Sequence record: SRR20825010_4284
Strand: one strand, 5' to 3'
Length of the DNA: 64,000 nucleotides
Shown: piece after piece, positions 32,686-41,285 of the stretch
How the letters are laid out: each line of letters opens with the position of its first letter
Numbering within the stretch: position 1 is the stretch's first letter
Position numbers and translations under genes: made by a program
The notes under the pieces: model-generated
What the model saw: the letters and a program-made list of their open reading frames with translations, nothing else
Told to the model about the DNA's origin: nothing
Database searches by the model: none

Positions 32686-33968
32686 CAGTGTCCCCCCGTT
32701 ACCCGTTCCGGAACCGGCTTGGATTTCTCGAATTTATGCACGAACGGCATGATCAGCAGGAAGTAGCTGAAATAATAGATCGTGCCGAACTGCGCCATCA
32801 TCGTCTTGCCTGGTGTTGCCGGCTGGGTACCGAAATAGCCCAGCATCAGGAAGTCCAGCACGAAGAGCGTCATGAAGATCTTGCTCCAGATACCGCGATA
32901 GCGGATGGACTTCACCGGATGACGATCCAGCCACGGGATCACGAACAGGATCACGATCGCGCCGCCCATGGCCACCAGACCCCATGCCTTGGAAGACATG
33001 ATGAAGTCGATGGTTGTGGCACGCAGCATGGCGTAATACGGACCGTAATACCAAACCGGTGCAATATGATCAGGGGTTTTCAGCGGGTTGGCCGGTTCGA
33101 AGTTCGGCTTCTCCAGCAGGTAACCACCACCATCCGGGAAGAAGAAGATCACCACGGCAAAGATCATCAGGAACACGATCACGCCGGGCAGGTCCTTCAC
33201 GGTGTAGTAAGGGTGGAACGGGATGCCGTCTACCGGTACGCCGTTTTCATCCTTGTTCTGCTTGATTTCCACGCCATCCGGGTTGTTGGAGCCCACTTCG
33301 TGCAGCGCCAGAATGTGCAGCACAACCAGCGCCAGCAGCACAATCGGAATCGCCACAACGTGCAGCGCGAAGAACTTGTTCACCGTGGCAGTGGACAGCA
33401 GGTAGTCGCCGCGCACCCAGGTCGTCAGGCCTTCACCGATTTCCTTGGCGTCTGCCGCGCTAATGAACGGCAGCAGATCAAACGGGATCGCGCCCGCCAG
33501 GGAGATAATTACCTGGGCACCCCAGTAGGACATGTTGCCCCAGGGCAATACGTAACCAAGGAAGCCCTCAGCCATCAGCGCCAGGTAGATCAGCATACCG
33601 AAGATCCACACCAGCTCCCGCGGCGGCTTGTAGGAGCCGTACATGAGGCCACGGAACATGTGGAGGTACACCACAGCAAAGAACGCAGACGCGCCCACTG
33701 CGTGCATGTAACGGATCAACCAGCCCCACTCCACATCACGCATGATGTATTCAACGGAGGCAAAACCTTCGTTGGGAGAGAAGAACATGGTCAGCCAGAT
33801 GCCGGTGAGCAGCTGGTTTACCAGTACCACGATAGAGAGCACACCAAAGTAGTACCAGAAGTTGAAGTTCTTCGGCGCATAGTATTCGGACATGTGACGC
33901 TTGTAGGCGTCCACCACGGGCAGACGGGCATCTACCCAATCGACAACGCGATTCACCATTCCCATCAT
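32685..33968 (-). CDS. petB: Cytochrome b of the bc1 complex
   Basis: YAPKNFNFWY, RYMH, GYVLPWG, PVWY Qo-site motif. Confidence 0.98.
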   Translation of the reverse strand: MMGMVNRVVDWVDARLPVVDAYKRHMSEYYAPKNFNFWYYFGVLSIVVLVNQLLTGIWLTMFFSPNEGFASVEYIMRDVEWGWLIRYMHAVGASAFFAVVYLHMFRGLMYGSYKPPRELVWIFGMLIYLALMAEGFLGYVLPWGNMSYWGAQVIISLAGAIPFDLLPFISAADAKEIGEGLTTWVRGDYLLSTATVNKFFALHVVAIPIVLLALVVLHILALHEVGSNNPDGVEIKQNKDENGVPVDGIPFHPYYTVKDLPGVIVFLMIFAVVIFFFPDGGGYLLEKPNFEPANPLKTPDHIAPVWYYGPYYAMLRATTIDFIMSSKAWGLVAMGGAIVILFVIPWLDRHPVKSIRYRGIWSKIFMTLFVLDFLMLGYFGTQPATPGKTMMAQFGTIYYFSYFLLIMPFVHKFEKSKPVPERVTGGH

Positions 33969-34552
33969 GCCTTGGTCTCCCCTTCCTCAGAGCCGACGAT
34001 AACGACAGCTTCGCTCAGGTAAGAATGCGGCGGAACCACCAGGTTGGTGGGTGCCGGAACGCTCTTGTACACCCGGCCGGCCAGATCGAACTTGGAGCCA
34101 TGACAGGGGCAGAAGAAGCCACCGTGCTCCAGCTCTACCGTCGGCTGATCCTCAAACAACGGGGAGCAGCCCAGGTGGGTACAAGTACCGACCAGAACCA
34201 GGTATTCCTTCTTGATAGAACGCCATTCGTTCCTGGCGTATTCCGGCTGCTGATCCGCTTCGGACGCAGGGTCACGCAGCTTCTCGTCCAGCTTCGGCAA
34301 GGTATCCAGCATTTCGTGCGTGCGACGCACCACCCAAATGGGCTGGCCCCGCCATTCTTCTACTACGCGCTGCCCTGCTTCCAACCGGCCAATATCCACT
34401 TTTACCGGCGCACCGGCATTTTTGGCTTTGGCACTGGGTTGCCAGGACTTAACGAAAGGTACAGCCACGCCAACGGCCCCTGCGGCACCAATCGCCGAAG
34501 TCAAGCCGATCAGGAAAGTGCGGCGGCTGCTATTAACGCCGTCGTTGCTCAT
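33965..34552 (-). CDS. petA: Ubiquinol-cytochrome c reductase Rieske iron-sulfur subunit
   Basis: Tat SRRTFL signal; CTHLGC and CPCHGS. Confidence 0.98.
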   Translation of the reverse strand: MSNDGVNSSRRTFLIGLTSAIGAAGAVGVAVPFVKSWQPSAKAKNAGAPVKVDIGRLEAGQRVVEEWRGQPIWVVRRTHEMLDTLPKLDEKLRDPASEADQQPEYARNEWRSIKKEYLVLVGTCTHLGCSPLFEDQPTVELEHGGFFCPCHGSKFDLAGRVYKSVPAPTNLVVPPHSYLSEAVVIVGSEEGETKA

Positions 34553-34712
34553 TGAGTTATTCTCCCCTTAGATCCCACGCTCGGGGTTAGTCCGAGACTC
34601 GAGGCTTATCCCCAAGTTACGGGCGGAGTAAGGCGGCGCAAATGGTAAAGAAAAAGCCCACACCTGACAACCGGTTATTATCCCGTCAGGATCGCTAAAC
34701 ACCTGATTTGAA

Positions 34713-34747
34713 CACAAAAAAGCCCAGCAATGCTGGGCTTTTTTGTG
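34713..34747 (-). terminator. Terminator of rplM-rpsI
   Basis: ACAAAAAAGCCCAGCA-A-TGCTGGGCTTTTTTGT. Confidence 0.85.
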
Positions 34748-34766
34748 TAACTGTAGTGCTTGAAGC

Positions 34767-35162
34767 TTAACGCTTGGAGAACTGCGGACGACGACGCGCC
34801 TTGCGCAGACCCACTTTCTTACGTTCCACTTCACGAGCATCACGTGTCACGTAACCGGCACGACGCAGCTGACCACGCAGCTCACCGTCATACTCCATCA
34901 GCGCACGGGTAATACCGTGACGAATGGCGCCAGCCTGACCGTTGTTGCCGCCACCGCTAACGGTAACCAGCACATCAAACTTGTCAGTCGCTTCCACCAG
35001 CTCCAGAGGCTGACGAACTACCATCTGGTTGGTTTTACGGCCGAAATACACATCCAGCGGGCGACCATTAACGCTGATCTTGCCACTGCCCGGACGCAGA
35101 AAAACGCGAGCGGAAGAGGTCTTGCGGCGACCGGTTCCGTAGTTGGTTTCTACAGTTGCCAT
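34767..35162 (-). CDS. rpsI: 30S ribosomal protein S9
   Basis: [18 protein letters not shown]-terminal RRPQFSKR. Confidence 0.99.
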   Translation of the reverse strand: MATVETNYGTGRRKTSSARVFLRPGSGKISVNGRPLDVYFGRKTNQMVVRQPLELVEATDKFDVLVTVSGGGNNGQAGAIRHGITRALMEYDGELRGQLRRAGYVTRDAREVERKKVGLRKARRRPQFSKR

Positions 35163-35173
35163 CGACAAACCCC

Positions 35174-35602
35174 TTAAATTTCCAGCTGCTGCGGCTGTTG
35201 AGCGGTATGCGGATGCTCAGTGCCGGCGTAAACTTTCAGTTTGCGGAACATGGCGCGACCCAGCGGATTACGCGGCAGCATGCCCTTGATCGCCTTCTCA
35301 ATGATCATCTCAGGCTTTTCCGCCTGCAGAGTCGCAAAGTTGGCTTCTTTCAGGCCACCCGGGTAACCGGTGTGACGGTAATACATTTTGTCCGACGCTT
35401 TGTTACCGGTAACGGCCACTTTATCGGCATTGATCACAACAATGTAATCACCGGTATCGACATGTGGAGTAAACTCCGGCTTGTGCTTACCGCGCAGACG
35501 GCTGGCGACTTCAGTAGCCAACCGACCCAACGTTTTGCCGGAGGCGTCTACCACATACCAGTCGCGCTTTACGCTTTCCGGTTTTGCGCTGTAGGTCTTC
35601 AT
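35174..35602 (-). CDS. rplM: 50S ribosomal protein L13
   Basis: [33 protein letters not shown]. Confidence 0.99.
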   Translation of the reverse strand: MKTYSAKPESVKRDWYVVDASGKTLGRLATEVASRLRGKHKPEFTPHVDTGDYIVVINADKVAVTGNKASDKMYYRHTGYPGGLKEANFATLQAEKPEMIIEKAIKGMLPRNPLGRAMFRKLKVYAGTEHPHTAQQPQQLEI

Positions 35603-35680
35603 GGGATTCTGCCCTAAATTCAATATGTTACGGGTAGTAAACACCCGCCGGCGACGGTTACGCCGGGCAAGAGAGCGCGA

Positions 35681-35709
35681 ATTCTACCCAAGCCCCCAAA
35701 AGAACACAA
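35681..35709 (-). promoter_or_regulatory. sigma70 promoter of rplM-rpsI
   Basis: TTGTGT, 17 nt spacer, TAGAAT, then GC-rich discriminator TCGCGC. Confidence 0.65.
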
Positions 35710-35864
35710 GCCATTCAGGGGCATTTGTTGTCATGGCGCCAAATGGTCCCTAACCACCCCTGCTCCCGGCCTGAATAAAACGGGGCATTGTGTAGCGCCC
35801 GGCGCCATGTTGAGATTGAACGCGATTCTACACCCTAGCCCCTCCCCCTTTAAAGGAGCAGACA

Positions 35865-36902
35865 ATGCAGTACCGTCGTCTTGGACGTACCGACCTTGAG
35901 GTAAGCGCCCTGTGTCTGGGCACCATGACCTGGGGAAGCCAGAATACCGCCGAACAAGGCCATGCCCAGATGGACATGGCGCTGGAGCATGGCATCAATT
36001 TTTTTGATACCGCCGAAATGTACGCCGTGCCCGCCAGCCCGGAGACTTCTTTTCGCACCGAAACCATCATCGGTGAATGGTTCGCTCGGACCGGGAATCG
36101 CAACAAGGTAGTACTGGCTACCAAGGCAGCCGGCCCCGGCGAGTACGTGAAGCATATCCGTGGCGGCCCACGTTTCAGCGCCGACAGCCTGCAAAGCGCC
36201 ATTGAAGGCAGCCTGAAGCGCCTGCAAACCGACGTAATCGACGTCTACCAACTGCACTGGCCAGAGCGCACCACCAACTTCTTTGGCCGCCTGGGTTATA
36301 AACACCGGGACGGCGAGGATGGCATTGCCATCAGCGAAACCGTTGCCGGGCTGAAAGCACTGGTGGATGCAGGGAAAATCCGCCACTGGGGCCTGTCCAA
36401 CGAAACCCCCTGGGGCACCATGCGCTTTATCCATGAAGCAGAAAAAATCGGCCTGACACCACCGGTCAGCATCCAGAACCCGTATTCGCTACTCAATCGC
36501 AGCTTCGAGGTGGGCCTGGCGGAAGTGGCCCACCGCGAGCAGGTAGGGCTACTGGCCTACTCGCCACTGGCATTCGGCATGCTCAGCGGCAAGTACCGCA
36601 ACGATCAGTGGCCGGAAGGCGCCCGCCTCACCCTGTTCAAGCAGTTCGCGCGCTACACCAACCCCCAGGCCATCGCAGCCACCGAGGCTTACTGCGAGCT
36701 GGCCAGTGAGCGAGGCATCAGCCCGACCCAACTGGCCCTGCAGTTCGTCACCACACGCCCTTTCGTGACCAGCAACATTATTGGCGCTACCAACCTGACA
36801 CAGCTGGAAGAAAACCTGAAAAGTATCGATGTGGCCTGGGACAAGAATCTGGAAAAGGCCCTGGAAGCCATCCACACCCGCTTCCCGTACCCTGCTCCGT
36901 AG
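35865..36902 (+). CDS. tas: NADP(H)-dependent aldo-keto reductase (Tas family)
   Basis: LGTMTWG, DTAEMY, YQLHWP, GLSNETPWG, SIQNPY. Confidence 0.92.
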   Translation: MQYRRLGRTDLEVSALCLGTMTWGSQNTAEQGHAQMDMALEHGINFFDTAEMYAVPASPETSFRTETIIGEWFARTGNRNKVVLATKAAGPGEYVKHIRGGPRFSADSLQSAIEGSLKRLQTDVIDVYQLHWPERTTNFFGRLGYKHRDGEDGIAISETVAGLKALVDAGKIRHWGLSNETPWGTMRFIHEAEKIGLTPPVSIQNPYSLLNRSFEVGLAEVAHREQVGLLAYSPLAFGMLSGKYRNDQWPEGARLTLFKQFARYTNPQAIAATEAYCELASERGISPTQLALQFVTTRPFVTSNIIGATNLTQLEENLKSIDVAWDKNLEKALEAIHTRFPYPAP

Positions 36903-36905
36903 AAA

Positions 36906-36940
36906 GAGACGCAGCACGCTTCACGCGGCATGCAACACGC
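36906..36940 (+). repeat. NNCACGC heptamer array after the tas stop
   Basis: TAG AAA GAGACGC AGCACGC TTCACGC GGCATGC AACACGC. Confidence 0.78.
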
Positions 36941-36961
36941 CGAAATGATTGCCCCCTCCCC

Positions 36962-37022
36962 TGTGGGAACTTGCCTGCAAGCGATGCACATGAGAAACAT
37001 CGCTTGCAGGCAAGCTCCCACA
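36962..37022. repeat. GTGGGA-type REP doublet (REPIN-like)
   Basis: TGTGGGAACTTGCCTGCAAGCGATG...CATCGCTTGCAGGCAAGCTCCCACA, a near-perfect inverted repeat. Confidence 0.8.
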
Positions 37023-37084
37023 ACACCCAAGCCAAGGCCCAACCTGCTAGTCCACGTTGACGCGAGCATTTCATGTATGCCAAT

Positions 37085-37099
37085 GTTAACACCGTTAAC
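37085..37099. promoter_or_regulatory. Putative TetR operator
   Basis: GTTAAC-ACC-GTTAAC palindrome 16 nt upstream of the tetR ATG, downstream of a TTGACG hexamer (37057-37062). Confidence 0.55.
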
Positions 37100-37115
37100 T
37101 TAACCCGGATGCAAC

Positions 37116-37742
37116 ATGGCCAGAGCAGCATATCACCACGGCGACCTCCACCAGCAGGCCCACGATCAGGCCCTGGCAGCGCTTCGCCTTGAAGGCGACA
37201 GTGCCATCAGCCTGCGCGCCATTGCCAAGCAGATTGGCGTCAGCGCCCCTGCGCTCTATCGCCACTATGCGGACCGGGAAAGCCTGCTGGCTGAACTGGC
37301 TATTAGTGGTTTTGCCGCTCTGCGCCAGCAGTTGCTCAGCGTGGATCAACATGCCCCCCGTGCAGCGCTGATCGGCATCGGTCTGGCCTATGTGGCGTTT
37401 GCCCAATCCGAGCCCAACCTGTACCGGCTGATGTTTGGCGGCCGGGTGCTTCCCAAAGGCGCTCACCCACGGCTCGATCAGGCCGGACTCGACGCGTTCA
37501 ACGTACTACAGGACACCATCGCCCGAGGCCAACGGGCCGGCTATCTGAAGCCCGCACCGCTCCCGCTGATGACCGCCACCGCCTGGTCGCTGGTTCACGG
37601 CCTTTCACAACTGACGATCGACGGCCATCTGCCCAATGCGGATGCCGAGCCCCAACTCGCCGAAGGCATCACCAGCCTGTTGCTGGAAGGTGCCATTACC
37701 CCTACTCACCCCCATATTGATAACAACGAGGACACCCCATGA
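37116..37742 (+). CDS. TetR/AcrR family transcriptional regulator (WHG-type C-terminal domain)
   Basis: YHHGDL, SLRAIAKQIGVSAPALYRHY HTH, WSLVHG. Confidence 0.93.
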   Translation: MARAAYHHGDLHQQAHDQALAALRLEGDSAISLRAIAKQIGVSAPALYRHYADRESLLAELAISGFAALRQQLLSVDQHAPRAALIGIGLAYVAFAQSEPNLYRLMFGGRVLPKGAHPRLDQAGLDAFNVLQDTIARGQRAGYLKPAPLPLMTATAWSLVHGLSQLTIDGHLPNADAEPQLAEGITSLLLEGAITPTHPHIDNNEDTP

Positions 37743-39364
37743 GCAGCCCAACTCCCAGCACCCTCCGTGTCGGCCGTCGCTACCGCGCCAAACGACTCAA
37801 CGGCCCCTATGACGCCATCGTCATCGGTTCCGGCATTGGCGGCCTCACCGCTGCCGCCTGCCTGAGCAAAATGGGCAAGAAAGTGGTGGTGTTTGAGCAG
37901 CACTACACCGCCGGGGGCTTTACCCACAGCTATGACCGCAATGGCTACGAATGGGATGTGGGCGTGCACTACATCGGCGACATGGGCGCCGACCACACCA
38001 TGGCCAAACGCCTGTTCGACCACGTCACCGACGGTGAGCTGAAATGGGCCCCCATGGACGCCAACTACGACCGTCTGTTTATTGGCGACCGCCAGATCGA
38101 CCTGATGGCCGGCCCCAAGGCCTTCGTGGACAGCCTAAAAAACGACTTCCCGGATGAACATCAGGCCATCGATACCTACATGAGTTATCTCAACCAGGTC
38201 GCCAAGGCCCTGCCCGGTGTGACCCTGGCAAAGGTGCTGCCCAATCTGCTGGCCGGCCCTTTCCGCCACCTGGCCAACCGCAAGGCGCCCGCCTTTCTGA
38301 ATCGTCCCACCCAGGAAGTGCTCGAAGGCCTCACCGGCAACCAGGAACTAATTGCCGCCCTCACCGGCCAATGGGGCGATAACGGCCTGGTTCCCACCGA
38401 ATCCAGCTTTATCATTCACTCGCTGATTGCCCGCCACTATCTTTATGGTGGCTACTACCCGATCGGTGGCGCCTCGGAAATGGCCAAGACCATCATTCCC
38501 GTCATACAGCAAAGCGGCGGCGAGGTGTTTACCTACGCAGACGTGAAAGAAATCCTTGTTGAGAAAGGCCGCGCTGTCGGCGTGCTGATGGCCGACGGAG
38601 AAACCGTCCGCGCCCCGGCAGTAATCAGCAACGCAGGGGTCTACAACACCTTCGGCCCACTGTTGGCCGACAGCGCACCGCACAAGGCCTTCTACCAGAT
38701 GAAACTGGGCAACGTGCAACGCTCCATGGCCAGCGTCTGCCTGTACATCGGCATTCAGGACACGGCGGAAAACCTGCAGCTCCCGAAGACCAACTTCTGG
38801 ATTTATCCGGGCACCGACCACGCCAAACAAGTGGACAACTTCCTCAAGGCGCCGGATGAGCACGACATTCCGCTCACCTATATTTCCTTTCCCTCTGCCA
38901 AGGATCCCAGCTTCGAGGCACGCTACCCCGGCCGCGCCACCGTGGAAATTGTCGCGCCCGGTCCGTTCGAGTGGTATGCCGACTGGGCAGACAAGCCCTG
39001 GGGCAAACGCGGTGAGGATTACGAAGCCAAAAAGGAAGCGTACTCGCAGCGTCTGCTGGAAAAACTGTACGAGAAGATGCCGCAACTGCGCGGCAAGGTG
39101 GACTACTATGAATTGTCCACGCCGCTCTCCACCGACTACTTTTGCCGTTACAGCACCGGTGAGATTTATGGCCTGGATCACAACCCCGAACGGTTCGAAC
39201 AGGATTGGCTGAAACCGAAAACACGCATCCCCGGCCTGTACCTTACCGGGCAGGACGTGATGACCTGCGGCGTGGTCGGTGCCATGGTCGGCGGCCTGCT
39301 CACCACCGTAGCGATCAGCGGCCTGAAAGGCCTGCCGCTGGCCAAGAAAATGTTTGTGGGCTAA
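37739..39364 (+). CDS. FAD-dependent oxidoreductase, phytoene desaturase / retinol saturase-like (COG1233)
   Basis: IGSGIGGL, EQHYTAGGFTH, WDVGVHYIG, STPLST, GLYLTGQD. Confidence 0.85.
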   Translation: MSSPTPSTLRVGRRYRAKRLNGPYDAIVIGSGIGGLTAAACLSKMGKKVVVFEQHYTAGGFTHSYDRNGYEWDVGVHYIGDMGADHTMAKRLFDHVTDGELKWAPMDANYDRLFIGDRQIDLMAGPKAFVDSLKNDFPDEHQAIDTYMSYLNQVAKALPGVTLAKVLPNLLAGPFRHLANRKAPAFLNRPTQEVLEGLTGNQELIAALTGQWGDNGLVPTESSFIIHSLIARHYLYGGYYPIGGASEMAKTIIPVIQQSGGEVFTYADVKEILVEKGRAVGVLMADGETVRAPAVISNAGVYNTFGPLLADSAPHKAFYQMKLGNVQRSMASVCLYIGIQDTAENLQLPKTNFWIYPGTDHAKQVDNFLKAPDEHDIPLTYISFPSAKDPSFEARYPGRATVEIVAPGPFEWYADWADKPWGKRGEDYEAKKEAYSQRLLEKLYEKMPQLRGKVDYYELSTPLSTDYFCRYSTGEIYGLDHNPERFEQDWLKPKTRIPGLYLTGQDVMTCGVVGAMVGGLLTTVAISGLKGLPLAKKMFVG

Positions 39365-39367
39365 GCC

Positions 39368-40090
39368 ATGCATTTGCCGTTCTGGCTCAGCGTTGGCGTG
39401 CTCAGCCCCGTGGTGATACCACTGGCACTCTACACCCGCCGCACTACCGTGCGGCTCCCGGAGGCCAGCGGCGAACCCCGGGGGCAATGGGGGCAAGGGG
39501 CGCCGGCAACACGCCTGCTGGTCGTCGGCGAGTCCACGGCGGCCGGTGTTGGCACCCTGCATCATCGCCAGGGGCTGGCCAGCCAGCTGGCCCTGCAGCT
39601 GCACCAGCACTCCGGCCAAGCCGTCGCCTGGCACACCCTCGGCGTTAATGGCATTCGCCTGGAGGCACTGCTCGCCAACCTTGCCGACATCGCTCTGCCA
39701 GAGGTGGATGAGGTTTTCATTAGCATGGGCGTCAATGACACCACCGGGCTGACCTCCCGGCGACGCTATCGGACAGGGCTACTTCACCTGGTTCAAGCAC
39801 TGCGCAAGCAGCACCCCGCTGCCCGCGTCACCCTGCTGGCCGTCCCTCCCATGCACCGCTTTACCGCCCTGCCCACCCCGTTAAGACAACTGCTCGGGTG
39901 GCGCGCCAGACAACTGGATCAACAACACCGCCATGTGGTCGCCTGCGATAACACCCTGCTCTATCTCGGCTACCCCGCCCTGCAAGATCCCACCCTGCTC
40001 GCCGAAGACGGCTACCACCCCAGCGCCAGCGGTTACCGCGCCATGGCGCTCGCACTGGCAGAGCAACTGCGCAGCAAACAAGAAACGTGA
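39368..40090 (+). CDS. SGNH/GDSL hydrolase
   Basis: Block I GEST, block III GVND, block V DGYHP; hydrophobic N-terminus. Confidence 0.85.
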   Translation: MHLPFWLSVGVLSPVVIPLALYTRRTTVRLPEASGEPRGQWGQGAPATRLLVVGESTAAGVGTLHHRQGLASQLALQLHQHSGQAVAWHTLGVNGIRLEALLANLADIALPEVDEVFISMGVNDTTGLTSRRRYRTGLLHLVQALRKQHPAARVTLLAVPPMHRFTALPTPLRQLLGWRARQLDQQHRHVVACDNTLLYLGYPALQDPTLLAEDGYHPSASGYRAMALALAEQLRSKQET

Positions 40091-40176
40091 CCTCGAAAGA
40101 GACTCAGGCAAGGGGGAGACAGGAAAGGCGCCAAGAGTGCGCACCGTCCGGAAAGACTGGGCACTACACTCCTAAC

Positions 40177-40287
40177 GTAGGTCGCATTAGCCGTAGGCGT
40201 AATCCGACAGATTTACCGGGCTTATTTCAAAAACGCAGGGCCGCAATGCACACCTGTCGGGTTACGCCTACGGCTAACACGACCTAC
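40177..40287. repeat. Inverted pair of GTAG-type REP sequences (REPIN-like)
   Basis: GTAGGTCGCATTAGCCGTAGGCGTAATCCGACA (40177-40209); reverse complement of 40255-40287 is GTAGGTCGTGTTAGCCGTAGGCGTAACCCGACA. Confidence 0.85.
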
Positions 40288-40297
40288 ACGACTATTA

Positions 40298-40960
40298 CTA
40301 CTGGAAGAGCATCCCAAAGCCAACGCGCCACAGGCCCTGGTCGACCGTGCCCGCACTGCGGTCCACATCCAACCACTGTTGGCTGTAACCACCACGCATA
40401 AAAAATTGATCATTCACATCCAGGCGCACACCCGCGCCCACTTCATAACTGAATACCGTATCGTTCAACGTCGGCGTATCCAGACCGCAGTAATAGCCCC
40501 ACCAGGGGTCCCACCAGCACACCGGCGTGGACGGCCCGGTTGGTACATTTGTGTCCAGGTATGTGGCACCCATGGCCCCATGCACGTAGGGCGTTAGCGC
40601 TTTGCGGAAAAAATGGTAGGTGCCGTTCACGTTCATGGTGGTCATTTCCAGGTCACCACGGCCATCAAAGGCGGTGCCCCCGGCCACCGGCTGCGTGGTG
40701 GTCCTGAAATCCGTATCCACCCACTCCAGCGCAAAGCCCAGCGACAGTCTTTCATCCAGGTTATAGGCAAAATCAAACCCGAACCCGATATCGTCATCCA
40801 CCTTCGCTTGAGACCCGCCATCCCCCGTGAATGATTGCCCCTCAAGGCCAATCACACGAAAGCTGCCTTCCCAGCGCTCCGCCCGGTAGCTATTGGGAAT
40901 TTCCGCTAATGCCGGCAGTGATAACAGGCATGCCGTGCCTATCCATACAACTCGTTTCAT
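40298..40960 (-). CDS. Outer membrane beta-barrel protein (OmpA/OmpW-like membrane domain)
   Basis: Signal peptide MKRVVWIG...ALA, amphipathic strands (TPYVHGAMG, VGAGVRL), aromatic C-terminal strand. Confidence 0.75.
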   Translation of the reverse strand: MKRVVWIGTACLLSLPALAEIPNSYRAERWEGSFRVIGLEGQSFTGDGGSQAKVDDDIGFGFDFAYNLDERLSLGFALEWVDTDFRTTTQPVAGGTAFDGRGDLEMTTMNVNGTYHFFRKALTPYVHGAMGATYLDTNVPTGPSTPVCWWDPWWGYYCGLDTPTLNDTVFSYEVGAGVRLDVNDQFFMRGGYSQQWLDVDRSAGTVDQGLWRVGFGMLFQ

Positions 40961-41232
40961 CCCGCGCCCCTGTGATCTATCTAGCTTTTCCCAAGCAGCA
41001 TACCACCACCAAAGTGATTCGCGTATATCGGCACGACTTCGCCATCCCCCATCCTTGCCCCGCCAACGCCAGGCGTTTACGGGAGGCAAGCCATGCTTGC
41101 ATGACGCAGACGCTGGCCCATCAATACGAATCCCGCTTGAATCGCATTACGGCTTTATCGCCGCGCGGAACCTGGCCACGAAAGCCCCCATTGCTCAACT
41201 ACTACTTCTGTTGTGAAACAAAACGAAAGCCA

Positions 41233-41263
41233 AAAAAAAGCGAGCCCGAAGGCCCGCTTTTTC
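41233..41263 (-). terminator. Terminator after the fadL-like gene
   Basis: Minus strand AAAAAGCGGGCC-TTC-GGGCTCGC-TTTTTTTT. Confidence 0.75.
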
Positions 41264-41285
41264 TGCTTTCACTATTACGTTTGAT

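Noticed and set aside
32029-33968. Short cytochrome c1 and PVWY instead of PEWY in cytochrome b
   Set aside because: Both are known variants in beta- and gammaproteobacterial bc1 complexes.
40087-40413. Small ORFs between the SGNH gene and the outer membrane barrel
   Set aside because: They are translations of the REP pair (GRISRRRNPT appears on both strands).
40961-41089. N-terminal extensions in the ORF track (here and for ddl, murC, murG, ftsW, hisG, kdsD, fadL)
   Set aside because: Downstream starts match signal peptides, RBSs or family N-termini, so the extensions are longest-ORF artefacts.
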